Below, piece by piece: positions 1 to 15,210 of a stretch of DNA of 64,000 nucleotides; the first letter of the stretch is position 1; every line of letters starts with the position of its first letter. A program made the position numbers and the translations under genes. The DNA comes from the human T2T-CHM13v2.0 reference genome, Homo sapiens: assembly GCF_009914755.1 (NCBI RefSeq), contig NC_060929.1; one strand, 5' to 3'. The notes below the pieces were generated by a model. That model saw only the letters and a list, made by a program, of their open reading frames with translations, was not told the DNA's origin and did not search any database.

Positions 1-73
1 TACAGTGGTACTAAAACAATGAGAGTAGAGAAGTTGCTATTGTCCAGAAAGAGAATGGAGGAAAACCCCAGGG

Positions 74-190
74 GAGAGATATATAGATACAGAGACTGAG
101 ATAAAGGTAGATAGAGACAGAGATAGAGATAAAGATGACAGAGAGATAAAGAGAGAGAAAACACCAGGAAACAGTATCAAAGAGATAACA
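74..190. repeat. Degenerate (GAGATA/GAGACA)n low-complexity tract
   Basis: Repeated GAGATA/GAGACA units seen directly. Confidence 0.7.
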
Positions 191-700
191 CTTAGGAGAG
201 ATCCAGGAAAGATGGTGTGATCAACAGTGTTAATTGCATCTACCATACCCTAGAAAGTAAGTATTTATTTGATTCTGTGTGGTCCTTGATGACTTCGGCA
301 AGAGAAATTTGAGTAGAATGTTGGCGGTAGATGCTGGATTGCTGTGTGTTGAGTGGTCTTTAAGGAAGTGGAGTTAGAAAACAGAATTTACCACTCTGTG
401 AAGTTTGGGTGCTTAGAAAGAAGAAAGGCTGGCAGTGTCCAATCTAGCTCCATGTGGATTGGAAGAGGCTTGGACATGTTTTTAGGCTAGAAGAAGTGAC
501 AATGAGGAGAATAATTTAGAGATAAAGGATTTCAAGACAAAAATTAATGACAAGCAAGAGGAGATCAATTGAAGCACAGATGGAGTGTTGACTTTGCATA
601 ATATGAGGATGTTTCTCTTTAAGGCTACAAAATTGATAAGTTGGTAGTTGTGACTATGGACATCATAGGAATTAATAGTGACATAACAGAGATTTTACCA
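190..700 (-). mobile_element. L2 (LINE-2) fragment, highly degraded
   Basis: Minus-strand peptide DAINTVDHT at ~215-240 resembles the L2 RT motif AFDTVDH; purine-rich plus strand typical of antisense L2. Boundaries approximate. Confidence 0.5.
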
Positions 701-2934
701 GATTACCTTAATAGGATGCAAGATTATATTTTGTCAGTGTACAGAGCAAGGGTTGATTATGGGGTTTAATGGGGATGGAAGGGATTTGAGATAATGACTG
801 AAGATATTAGAAGAGAGCTGATTTTACTGTGGTTGGAGAATGAGTTTGTACTGACACAAATATGTACTGTTGCATGATTTTCTCAAGTACTTAACCTCTT
901 GGTGTGAGAACAGAGAGGGATGTTTGAAGCATTGGTTCAGGGTTAGGGTTTTACCAGGTAGGAAAATGGAGGAAAAAAGAATTATGAATTAAATGAGACT
1001 AGTAATAGTGTGGTATGGCTCAGGAAATTTATCTCTAGTGTCCATGCAGGGTAAAGAAAGATAAAAAGCAAATGGTTTATAAATGGAGGATTCAATGTCT
1101 TGAATTCCTTTCTGAAGTTAAACACCAGATGCGGTGGAAGAAAAGACTTGAGAGGGCTAAAGAATAGGACACTGACCAGAGTTTGGAGTAGTTGATAAAA
1201 CGTTGAATTGACCAGGGTTATGAATTAATCCTCTGTGTAGCTCTGGGAATGGGTAACAGAAACAGATTTGAAAAGGACAAGAATTTTGTGGAGGAATGGA
1301 TATAGGAGTATAGAAAGTAGAGCGTTGAGAAGCTAGGACTATAAAAACGGAAAGAAACTCCACAGATAATGGTGTCAAGAGTCAAAAGTAGGATCAATAG
1401 TTGTGAAAGCATAAGGATATATACAGCACAGTGAAGAGGGAGGTAGGGAGTTGGAGGGTAGCCTTATGTTGACAACTGGTAGTAGAAATGAGAGTCATGC
1501 TTATTTATTACTAACCTTGAATATCAAAAGTCTGGCAAAAATAATTCTGAGACCAGAAAACTTGAAGATCCAAAGAAATATTGTGCTATTCTCTAAGAGT
1601 TAGTGAGGGCTCTGTTCTTGGCTGTAGGTAATGAAGGTTCATTCCTGCTTGGCTTTTCTGCATTACATGGGTTGGCTTTTTGCATCCAGGCTCAGGCTTC
1701 CTGACTCTCAGGATTCACAGAAAGCTATATATGAATCCTAGCCTTAAAATCTCTAAAACTGAATCAATCTTTTATTGAGTGTAGTTTTGGGAAGAAGGAA
1801 ACAACTATCTTCCCTATCCTGTTACTTTTTCTCTATTCTGTTTAGTCTTAGGCAGAGACTTTTTGACTCTTTGAATTAGTTTTCTTCTTTAATGGAAATT
1901 CTTCTTTCTATTGGTATTCATTTACATTCAAGAAGATAAATTACAGTGGAAATATATAACTTTAAAAAGCATTTCACAAAGATTGCTAATGGGTATTAGA
2001 TATCTTTCTTGTAAAGAATTGCTTTCTTCTGTTCCATTTGGAAACCACACCATGGTTAATATGAAAGTGATTTCATCTGTGATATTGACCTACATAATTG
2101 TTGATGCCTACAGAGAAGTGCTCATGTCAGACCCTTCAAGTTTACATGCCAATCTCATGGTCTTCTGCTCTGACCTAAAGTAAAACACTTAATTACTGTA
2201 CATTTCAATTTGCCAGCTGTAAGTGTGGGGCTATCTTGCTTAGCAAATAGAAAACCAAAGGAGAATGTAGAGGATTGCTTGAATGTTTGCTTACTACTGA
2301 CATTAATGACTCTGGATGACTCAATTACACTCACAGAGACTCAGTTTCTTCATTAAAAAACAGTATCCTCTCCCACAAGAAAATCATAGGGTTTTGAGAG
2401 CATAACAATATGTGTAAGACATTTGAATTGTGCCGACATGATGGCCAACATATTTCCAAGGAATAAGTTTACGGATAAGGTTATCAACAGAAAGTGTCAA
2501 TGTGAAAACTGAATCCATCCGTCTCTTTTTTCAATTTTACTATTCAGTTTGTAACCTTGTTTCATGTATTTGATTATGTACGTATAACATAATTAAAATC
2601 TAGAATCAGGGCAGAGCCATTGCAAATGAACAGTATTTTTTTCATATTTATTTTACAGGAATTTAATTATGTTATAGAGTTTGTCTCAGTTAGGATTCTG
2701 TATTTGCTTAATATCTATTGAGTATGAACCATGCCCCAAGGAATGTGCTAGGCCCTGAAGAATCAAAGATAATAGAATGATATGATCTCTGATCTGTATA
2801 AGTGCATTGTCTAGTGATATCAGTTCATGATTTCATGTATTTTGGTATGAATATTATAAAATGTTCATGAAATATTTTGAAACATTTTGTGAATTCTAAC
2901 AACCTGTAGATGTTTTGAACTTTTAAAAATATAT

Positions 2935-3775
2935 ATAATTTATTTTTTAGAGCAGTTTTAGGTTCACAGCAATATTGAGTGGAAAGTACAGTAATTTCCT
3001 GTAATCTCCTGTACCCATACATGCACAGCCTCCCCTACTATCAACATCTTACATCAGGCACATTTTTTAAAACCTATGAACCAACATTGATACATCATTA
3101 TCACCCAAAGTCCACAGTTTGCAATAGGGTCCATTCTTTGTGTTACATATATACATCATTATAGAATCATACGGAATATTTTCACTGCCGTAAGAATCTT
3201 CTGTGCCCCTTCTGCTTTTCCCTCCCTCCACCCCAACCTTTGGCAACCAGTGATCTTTTTACTATTTCCATAGTTTTGCTTTTTCTAGAATGTCATATAA
3301 TTGGAATCATATGTGTGTAGTCTTTCTGGATTGGCTTCTCTTGCTTAGTAATGTGCTTTTAAGGTTCCTCCTTTTTTGTGGCTAGATAGCTTCTTTCTTT
3401 TTATTGTTTAATTATATTTTTTCTGGATATACCACAGTTTATTTATCTATTCACCTACTGAAGAACATTTTATTTGCTTTCAAGTTTTGGCAGTTATGAA
3501 TAAAGCTATTGTAAACATTCATGTTCGGGTATATTTGTAGACATAAGTTTTTAAATCATTTGGTTAAATACCAAGGCACATGATTGCTTGATTATGCAAT
3601 AAGATTTAGATTTGTAAAAAACACGAAAATTGTGTTCTGAAGTCACTGTATGATTTTTCATTACTACTACTCATGAGAGTTCCTGTTGCTCCACATCCTA
3701 ACCAGCATTTGATGTTGTCAGTGTTTTGGATTTTAGCTATTCTAATAGGTGTGTAGTGGTGTCTCATTATTTTAA
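2935..3775 (-). mobile_element. Old L1 3' end (L1MA9/L1MB-like)
   Basis: Starts 'tttttagagcagttttaggttcacagcaa'; minus ORF 3606-3827 contains L1 ORF2 C-terminal MRHHYTPIRIAKI. Confidence 0.8.
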
Positions 3776-4224
3776 TCCTTTTAGACTTTTGACTGATGTC
3801 TTCCCACCGAATATTATGGTGTGCCATGTGCTGTGGAAAAATTTGAAAGATTAGTGGATGAACAATTAATAATGGAATAGGGAGAGGAAGAAAGGCCAGG
3901 CCAGTTTAGGCAAAGGAAGCTTTTGTGAAAAGCCTTATGAGTGAAAGATAATATGATAAATAGCAAATAGTTGGGGATGTGGTATAGAATAGTTTAGGAG
4001 GAGTATCAGGAGGTGAGGACATACATTTAAATAGAAGCTAGATTTTGAGAATATGAGTTAGGTTGGATTTTATTTTTATAAATGATAAAAAAATTTAAAT
4101 AATCTTAAATACAGCAACCAAATAGTTTCAACTAGACAAACTTGATTAATTCACATATATACATGCATTTTTCAAAATCACATTAAAAAACCCAAACATA
4201 TGAAGAAAACTTTTTAAAGAAATG

Positions 4225-4415
4225 CATTTTGGAGTATTTAGGGATTTGCTTAAAAGTACTTTAGTAATAAGACATTTAAAAATAAAAGAAGGGTAGGCAA
4301 ACATGACAAAATGTTGATAATTATAGAATTAGAGCAATGGGCACATGAATGTTTGTCTTACTATTCTCTCTACTTTTGTGTATGTTTGAGAGTTTTTCTA
4401 ATTTATATATTTTTT
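4225..4415 (+). mobile_element. L1ME-like 3' UTR fragment
   Basis: 'tactattctctctacttttgtgtatgtttga' is the typical L1ME 3' terminal motif. Confidence 0.55.
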
Positions 4416-4760
4416 AAAATTACAAATAGTAGACTAGGATTGGAAATATTTATAAGCGATGAAGTGACATGATTAAATTTACATATAAGTAAAGACATTG
4501 ATGTGGCAGAATTGACAATGTGAAGGAAGGTGGCTATGACTGGTTAGGAGTATATTGCAATACTACAGGTAAGAAATGATATGGATACCTTAATTGATAA
4601 ATCATAAGTATAGTGATGTTATTTAAAACTACAACATTTACAACATCCTCCAGAGTAACTGAGTGGAGCGAAAATAAAAGACAATCAAGGACTGAACTCT
4701 AAAAGACAACAATATTTGAGCACTGAAGAGATGAAGAAAAGCCATTAAAGAACTTGAAAT

Positions 4761-5089
<329 letters not shown>

Positions 5090-5689
5090 CTAAAGAGGTG
5101 GGAGGAGAATCAGGGAGCGGTGAAGCTGTTATTGAATGAAAATACGTATTACATTTGTAAATCTAATCAAATTTCACAAATTATGTACTGTTGCTCCAGG
5201 CTCTAAGTGTTTGCTGTAGGTTTTAGATAATGTCCTATGGAATCATAAACAGTCATAAATAGTTAAATAGTTTTTCTCAGTATTGATAGTTCTTTATTGT
5301 TGAGAATAATTGTCTGGCTGTCATAGCCATATTATTCTTCCATATAAAAAATTTTAATTTGTTTATTTGTAGGGTAGAAATGGGTTTTTTGAAGCCATGA
5401 TTCAATAAAGAAAATAAATTTCAGATTGAAACATAGAGGCCTAGACTTTATATCACATTTGGAACCCTTATTATTTAGTTATAAATAGCCCATAGTTGAA
5501 ACATGTTTTTGAATCAAAGGTAATTAAATAAGATAAATAAGATTATTTGCCTAGTATTCTGATTATCAGATCAATCAAATTTGTTTTCCTCATTGCTGAT
5601 AACAGAATATAATTTGGTCAGGCTGAAAACTAGAAAACCCATAACCATGAATGCTGCAGTTAATCTCAAATGGAAGTCTCCTTTAGTAA

Positions 5690-6070
5690 TAATATTAACA
5701 GTTATTATTTATTAAATGCATTCTGGATATTTGTCACCAGGCCAAGCACCACTCACAATTCATCTTGTTTAATCCTCATAGTTTTATTTTTTATTTTTTA
5801 AAATTATATGGGTATATATGAAGTATATATATTTATGGGGTACATGAGAGATTTTGATACAGGCATGCAATGTGAAATAAGCACATCATGAAGAATAGGG
5901 TATCTATCCCCTCAAGCATTTATCCTTTGAGTTACAAGACTTTGTAATATTTATACCCAACTGGTGGGTGAAGATGTTGAAATTCAGTGAGATTAAATAA
6001 TTTGCTCGACATCACACAGCTAGCAAGTGGCTGAGCAGAAGTTTTGTCCCAGGAGGCATGAATTTGGAGC
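5690..6070 (-). mobile_element. MIR interrupted by a short L1MA 3' end (about 5783-5940)
   Basis: MIR halves 'tttaatcctcata' and 'gagattaaataatttgctcgacatcacacagctagcaagtggc' flank L1MA-type 'tatttatggggtacatgagagattttgatacaggcatgcaatg'. Confidence 0.65.
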
Positions 6071-6458
6071 TTACACACATGACATCTTGTAATACACTTT
6101 GTTACTTGATCTCCTTGGACCAGACGTTCAGGATTCTCCATCACAGGAGTTGATATCTGTAACTTAAAATGTCCAATCATGCAGCATAAAACGAGAGAGC
6201 ATAAGAATAGACTTCCCCAGATGCCATAAAGGTTATTTTTACTTTTAGAACCTCTGGGGACTGATGCTATAGTTAGGTTTTCATTTAATATTCACAAATT
6301 GAAAGTAATGTATTTTTCACAAATATTTTGGGGCTATAGTGCAAATTTCATAACTTATGGGAAAATAAGAACCATTATGGGCATATTATAAAGCAAATTA
6401 TTTGAAATTGAAGTTAAAATGACCCATACTGGAGAATATGTTCTATATTTTTAATAGC

Positions 6459-6700
6459 ATAGAAAAAATTAACGAGTTAGATGTTCGTGAATCTTCGGGA
6501 CAGGTTGGCATCCTCCCAAGAGTTTTAAAGGAACCCAAGGATGAAATTATGGAAACCATAGCTAAAATGTGTAGTAACAGTTCATTTCACCTGAATATTG
6601 GCAAGCTGTTAATATAATTTCTCTCTATAGCAAAGACTAGTGAAGAGACCAAGGAAACCTGGACACACAACTACCAGATCTCACCTCTATGTTGCTAAGG
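6459..6700 (+). mobile_element. CR1/L3 LINE ORF2 (pre-RT) fossil
   Basis: Translates as IEKINELDVRESSGQVGILPRVLKEPKDEIMETIAKM, then PEYWQAVNIISLYSK and DQGN...LTS, matching CR1 KSPGPDGIHPRVLKEL...PEDWKxANVTPIFKK...DPGNYRPVSLTS. Confidence 0.75.
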
Positions 6701-7089
6701 GTTCAGATCAGCATGTGGTGTTAGAACTTGTCAATTTCACTGCCCCCATTTGAGAAGTTTAAAAATGCCTCCAGGCTCACACCCACCTCACAGGGCCTCC
6801 TAAAACATAGGTCATTGTGCTCTGTGCCAGGTGACCCTGCTAGGCTAATCATGACTGACTGGTTCAGAAATGAGGCCTGAGGAAACAGACACCAGGAGAA
6901 AGCTAGAGCCTCAGGAAAAACAATGAGGAAATCAGTGAGCACTAGCAGAAGAATTATAGAATCAAACCTCTTCCCAGTTTCTACCGAATATGGATTTATA
7001 CTTTTTCTACATAGATTACACATATTCACTTATAATTCCTTCATTCAATATAGAAGACACCAGAGAGAGATATGAGAAAGAGAGAGAGA

Positions 7090-7525
7090 GAATCTGCAAG
7101 AAACCCACTTAAGCTTTAAAGACACACATAGGCTGAAAATGAAAAGAAGGAAGAAATTATTCCATGCAAATGGTAACCAAAAGAAAGCAGACATGCCTAT
7201 ACTTCAAGTAAAAAACTGTTGTAAGAGACAAGGTAATTATTTAATGATAAAGGGGCCAATTCACAATGGGGACATAAACATGGTAAATATATATGCACCC
7301 AATTTTGGAGTACCCAAATACATAAAGCAAATAAACTTTCCATTCAATGGCATCGAAATACACATTTTTCTCCAGTGCACATGGAATATTCTCTAGGATA
7401 GAGCAAATGTTAGGCCACAAGACAAGTCTTAATACATTTAAGAAAACTGAAATCATATTAACGGATATGAAGGGAGAAATAGATAGCAATACAATAATAG
7501 CAGGGGACTTCAATACCCAACTTTC
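7090..7525 (+). mobile_element. Old L1M ORF2 endonuclease fragment (left part)
   Basis: ORFs 7139-7396 and 7347-7586 contain FHANGNQKKA, NIYAPN and TIIAGDFNT. Confidence 0.85.
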
Positions 7526-7607
7526 TTTTTGTATGCTATATGTGTGTGTGTGTATATATATATATCTTCACATTTTATTCATATAGCTGTATTTTTCTTT
7601 AAAATAG

Positions 7608-9310
<1,703 letters not shown>

Positions 9311-9311
9311 A

Positions 9312-9945
9312 AATCTCCCACTTACAACAATTGATAGATTAGCCAGACAGAAAATTAATAAGTAAATATTGGATTTGAATTACATTTTTAACCAAATGGA
9401 CCCAACAGCTATGCATAGAACTTTCCATCCAACAGCAGCAGAATACACATTTGTCTCCAGTGCACATGGAATATTCTCTAGGATAGAGCATATGTTAGGC
9501 CACAAGGCAAGTCTTAATACATTTAACAAGACCAAAAAAGAAGGAGATTTTGCCATTTGTCACAACATGGATGAGCCTGAAGGACATTTTGCTTTATGAA
9601 ATAGGCCAGACACACACACAAAAATATTTAATAATCTAATTTATATGTGGAATATAAAAAGTAATCCAAATTTACAGAGAAGGAGAACAAAACAGTGGTT
9701 AAGGAGAAGGGTAATGGAGAGATGTGTGTCAGAGGATACAAATTAACAGAACTATAGAATAAAATTGTGCTGTATATGAGATTGATGCTAAATGAGTAGA
9801 TTTTAGCTGCTCTTGCCACACAAAAATAGGTAGCTGTGGTACAACGGATGTTAGTTTTATTCACTATAGTAACCTTTTTAGTATATATGTATCCCATAGC
9901 ATCATGTTGTATACCCCAAATGTACACAATACTTTTTATTTTTAA
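9312..9945 (+). mobile_element. Old L1M right part: endonuclease remnant joined to an L1MA-type 3' end
   Basis: ORF 9369-9599 has RTFHPTAAEYTF..SRIEHMLGHK; from ~9535 sequence is L1 3' end ('ccatttgtcacaacatggatgagcctgaaggacatt'). Confidence 0.8.
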
Positions 9946-10084
9946 AGAGAGAGAAAGATCTTTGTCTTGCTCATATCCCTTCTAAATGTAAATATTGTCT
10001 TATTTATCTCTTTTGTCCCCCTAAATCCTCCTCTTTTTCAGAACCAGTCCAGCTCCACTTTTCAATGAGGTTTGGGACAATGGA

Positions 10085-11250
10085 TCCCACTTTTTGATAT
10101 ATAAAAATCATCTCAAATTTGACTTGTCCCAAACTATCTCCTAATCCCTCTCCCCCAAGAAAGTGTTTCTTCCGTGGTCTTTCCACCTAGGTTGATGGCA
10201 ACTTCATTTTATTTTTCCATGCCCCAAATCTTGAAGATCAACCTTGGTGGTTCTCTTCTTCTTACATCCCATATCCAATAAATCATTAGCTCTTTCTTCA
10301 AAATATATCCAGGATAAAGCTATGCTATATTTGGAATGTTTATGTCCCTCACAAATTCTTATGTTGAAATGTTAACCATCAAGGTGATGACATTAGGAGG
10401 TGGAGCCTTTGGGAAGTAATTAGGCCATGAGTGGAGTTCTTATGAATGAGATGAGTGCCCTTATAAATGAGACCTGAGAGAGATGCCTTGTCCCTTCTGC
10501 CACGTGAGGTTGTATCCAAAAGACGGCTGTCTAGGAAATGAGCCCTCACCTGACACTGAATCTATCAATGCCGTGAACTTGGAGTTCGCAGTCTCCACAA
10601 CTGTGAAAATAAGTTTCTGTTATTTATAAGCTACCTAGTTTGTAGTATTTTTATTATAGCAGCCCGAACAGACTAAGACAAGCTACTTCTCACCACCTCC
10701 ACTCCCATCATCCTGATCAAGGCCTCCATAACCGCTTACCTGGAATATTGCAATAACTTCCTAACTGGTGTCCCTCCTTTTGCCCTTGCTCACTTCAGCA
10801 GTCAATGTGGCCCAGTTGAAATGTGAGACAGAGTTGTCAGATCCTGTCACTTTTCTGCTCAGTACTATCCAGTCATTTCCTAGTCAGACAAAAGTTGAAG
10901 TCCTAAAAACTGTCTATGAGGCTGTGCACTATTTACTCCTCATCTCCACCATTTATCTTTCTTATGTTAATCCATTCTCTCTTCCTTGATTCTTTTCTGT
11001 AGCCACACTGATTTTTTTTTTTTTCTATTCTGTGTATGTGCCAGTCATGTTGTCTCTATCAGGGACTTTGTTTCACTCCAGGATTAAGTCCTTTGGGTCC
11101 TTTTCTAAGCCCCTCCTTCAAAAGTCCTTTCCCATCACTCCATCTGACAATGCAATATACGCTCATCCTCCTACCCCTGTGCTCTGTATCCCCCTTACCT
11201 ACTGCATTCTTTTTATCTGTAGCACTTTTACTCTGTATTTTACTCAGTAT
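10085..11250 (+). mobile_element. L2 3' region, interrupted by an MLT1 LTR
   Basis: 'catctcaaatttgacttgtcccaaac', 'ttcaaaatatatccag' and 'tattgcaataacttcctaactggtgtccct' are L2 3' motifs. Confidence 0.7.
10323..10680 (+). mobile_element. MLT1A-like solo LTR (ERVL-MaLR)
   Basis: TG...CA termini (tgctat...gactaagaca); 5-bp TSD AGCTA at 10318-10322 and 10681-10685. Confidence 0.9.
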
Positions 11251-11944
11251 CTCTAAGTAGTGGAATCATGAGCGACTTAAATTTTTTATAATTTCTGCAT
11301 TTTTTCAGTATTGAACAGTGAGCATATTCAGAGGAAGGAGGAATATTGTGGGCTGATGGAGCCAAGAAAGGCCTAGCAGAAGAGGACTGAATTTGCATCC
11401 CACAAGGTTGGTAGGCTGGCTAGAAGAGGAGAGACAGCATTCTAGGTCTTAATAAAACATGCACAGAAGGAAGAGGGTACCATGTGCATGGCATGTTTCA
11501 GAGGCAGAGAGGAAAGCAGCCAGGCTAGTCTTTTCCTTTATCACCAAAATGTGGAATGTGCAACTGGGAGCAGATAATACAGGGCCCAGGAGTGTGATTT
11601 TAGTCAGGTGTGTTTTTTTCTAATGGAAGACATCAGTGGCAGAATTATTCTACTAAATTCTTCTAGTCTTTTATTTTTGTCATTTCCAAGTAATCCTTAG
11701 TGTCCTAGGATTTGTGCACATCTTTCAGCACTTTAATGTTCCTAATGACACTCATTTTATGTTATAGTGGAAAAATTTAAGTTTCAATAAGTGCCATAAT
11801 TATGTCTCTACCAAGATATAATTTTCTAGCCATTCCCAATGGATCTTTTTCTTCCAATATTTTTAAATGGAAAGAGGAAAAATTAATTCAAGAATTATCA
11901 ATCTGGAAATCAAACTTGCACACTTAGAAATACAAAGAATAAAA

Positions 11945-12068
11945 TCAGGTGCAGTGGCTCACACCTGTAATCCCTGCATTTTGGGAGGCCAAGGCAGGAG
12001 ATTATGTGAGGCCAGGAGTTCAAGATCAGCTTGGACAATCTAGTAAGTCCCCATTTCTACACCCCCCC

Positions 12069-12121
<53 letters not shown>

Positions 12122-12298
12122 CTGGGCATAATGGTACATGCCTGTAGTCCAGTCTATTCCGGAGGCTGAGGCAGGAGGATCACTTGAACCCAGGAGTTCT
12201 AGGTTTCAGTGAGCCATTATTGTGCCACTGCACTCCAGCCTAGGTGACAGAGCAACATCCTGTCTCAAAAACAAACAAACAAACAAACAACAACAAGA
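11945..12298 (+). mobile_element. AluJ with (CA)n in the central linker
   Basis: Two Alu arms; TSD AAATACAAAGAATA at 11928-11941 and 12299-12312. Confidence 0.92.
12070..12120. repeat. Perfect (CA)~25 microsatellite
   Basis: Seen directly. Confidence 0.97.
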
Positions 12299-14487
12299 AA
12301 ATACAAAGAATATTCACATTTTTGTTTTGTTTTGTTAAGGTGAAAGAGTGTCAAAGGATTTCGATTATAAATGGTTTTTTATATTTCTTTTTCTCAGTCT
12401 CATCTCTATCACTTATGTAACTGTGTATAGGAGATACCATCTTGAGAAAAAATTCATCATCCTGTATGAATGTGTCTCTCCAATGTGTGGAACATGGCTA
12501 TGATTTCAGCATTTGGCTGTCAGTGAAGGGCAACTCAGCACTTAATATTGAAAGGAAGGAAGCTGAGACATAAATACCTAATGTTCTTACTTAAAATCTG
12601 CCCTACCCACACAGAGCTGAGACCTTTCCTGGAAAGGGAAACCAGGCATGATATAAAGCATGTTTAACAGTGTTCAGTTTGTGTCAGTGGGCAAATAGTG
12701 TGGTTGGAGAAAACACTATTTTGCACAATTTACATGGTAGAATGTACAAAGCATTTTCAAAGTCAGATTTGCAAGTTATTGGGTATATAGTTGTAGGCTT
12801 AGAAAAACAGGATGCTAGCACAAATCCAAACAATACAGAATAAGACTAAGTGAGGTAGGGCTTGCGGGTCTTTTTTCTCTTATTGAAGGGTCAACCTATT
12901 CATAATGTTTCTAATGATTTTCTGTAAGTACCTTCATACAGACAGCTAAGCAATTTTCTAATTCAAGATGTATACTTCTGCCCTTTGGATTTCTGGAATA
13001 GAATATCAACTAAATGTGAATTTAATGGACTAATTTGCATTTCTGGGAGATTCTTTTTTAATATAACAGAGAACAGAAACATGGGTATTATAAGCCAAGC
13101 ACTTTAATGTAAGGTGATGGAGTCACAAATTAAAAGTAAAACATTCAGTGGAAATATAAACAAACAAACAAATAAAGAAAACAAGAAAAAAGCAACTTAT
13201 AGGAATAATTGTTTTATAATATTTATTTTTTAATAGTCTGGAATTGTGTGTGTATATGAGTGGTGGGTGAAATTGAAGAGTCGAACAGGGGCTGACCTCA
13301 TAGTCAGGTCCAATAAGTCAGAGAAATAACCAGGTACAATTTGGTACTTATAGTTTCTCTGACTCATTCTGCAATAACAGGAAAAACTACCACTGGAAGT
13401 GGCAATGACATCAGTAAGATTTATTACTCTAGATTTATCAGTTTCTACTTTGGAGAATACACAGTAGAATTTTTGTTACCTACTTTCTGTCCCCTCCTTC
13501 CTCTCCAGGCCCTCATCCTTTACTATAACCCCCTAACTACCTCTTTCAACTGAATTTCCATCCATTCAAATTATATTCTCCATTTCCACTTTATTCTAGT
13601 TTGTAATTCCTCAACTCTCTTGAGCCTGCTTCCTCACTTTAATTTAGCAATCTTACTTTAGACTGTACCCTCAACTTGGACTGATAGTTAGATTCTAATT
13701 GCAATGTTTCTGATTCTGCCAAATCTTGCCTCCTGACATAGTTTTTTAAGAGTTGGCAATCTGCCCCTGAGTTGCACCAAGCGTGGCATGACCCTGACAT
13801 AGTTTGTCAGCAGCAGTTGCCTGTGTTAACTGCCTGACAGAAACTTCATTATTCTCAATAGAGAATACTCAATAGGTAATGACGGTCACCAACAGTCCAT
13901 ACACAATGAAGAAACGTGACACACAGGTTTAATTTCTCCAGAAAACAGTTGCAAGAATATGCTTTTAAGTGTGTTGGTCAATATTTTGAAATACAGATCA
14001 CATTAACTTTTGCTAGTGTTTCTCATTACCTTATGGTCATTTCCGCATTTGGGTAGCTAGACTCTGGCAATGATTGCCTTAAGACACAGGTAGTACTGTG
14101 GGAAGAAAAGAGTCAATTTTTTATTTTGAGTTTCAGAATATGTTTTTTGTGTTTTGTGGCTCATGGCACATTACGTGTTTTTTGGCTCATGGCAGAAATA
14201 AATATTTGAATTTTAAAAGCCTAAGCTATCTACTGAAAATGATAGCGAGCCAGGCTCACAATCTTCATTAAATAAAGACTCTTTGGACTGGGGAAGGGAC
14301 AAGAAAGTAAAAGAAAATATTTAATCTGAGAGGATCCACAAACCCCTGTCTCCTCCACACTTCTCATCAGTATCTTCTTTGGGGAGATAAAAACCCTAGA
14401 GAAGTTTGGACACCTGAGACCAGAAAGGTTCCATAGCTTCCTTACTTGGGCGGAACTTACTAACCAAATACAACCAACAGTGCTCTA

Positions 14488-14948
<461 letters not shown>

Positions 14949-14974
14949 AATGCAATGAGATAGCATAAGAATTG

Positions 14975-15210
14975 TTTTTGATGTAGACAGAAAGTAGAAT
15001 AATGGTCACCAAGCGCTTGGAGAAGGAGGTAATGGGGAGTTATTGTTTAATGGATAGAGTTTTAATTTGGAATGATGACAAAATTCTGCAGTTGGATGGT
15101 GGTGATGGTTGTACAACAATGTGAATGTACTTAATGCCACTAAATTATACACTTAAACATGATTAAAATAGTAAGTTTTATGTTATATATAATTAACCAC
15201 ATAAAAAAGT
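14975..15210 (+). mobile_element. L1MB-like 3' end
   Basis: 'ggatggtggtgatggttgtacaacaatgtgaatgtacttaatgccactaaatt' is the L1MB 3' UTR motif. Confidence 0.85.

Noticed and set aside
1911-2183. 90-aa ORF in unique sequence
   Set aside because: TTG start, no recognisable domain, no convincing splice sites; length expected by chance.
6720-7060. Possible MLT1-type LTR remnant
   Set aside because: Only vague motif similarity; no termini or TSD identified.
14148-14194. Direct repeat GTGTTTT..GGCTCATGGCA as an array
   Set aside because: Only two copies; a simple tandem duplication.
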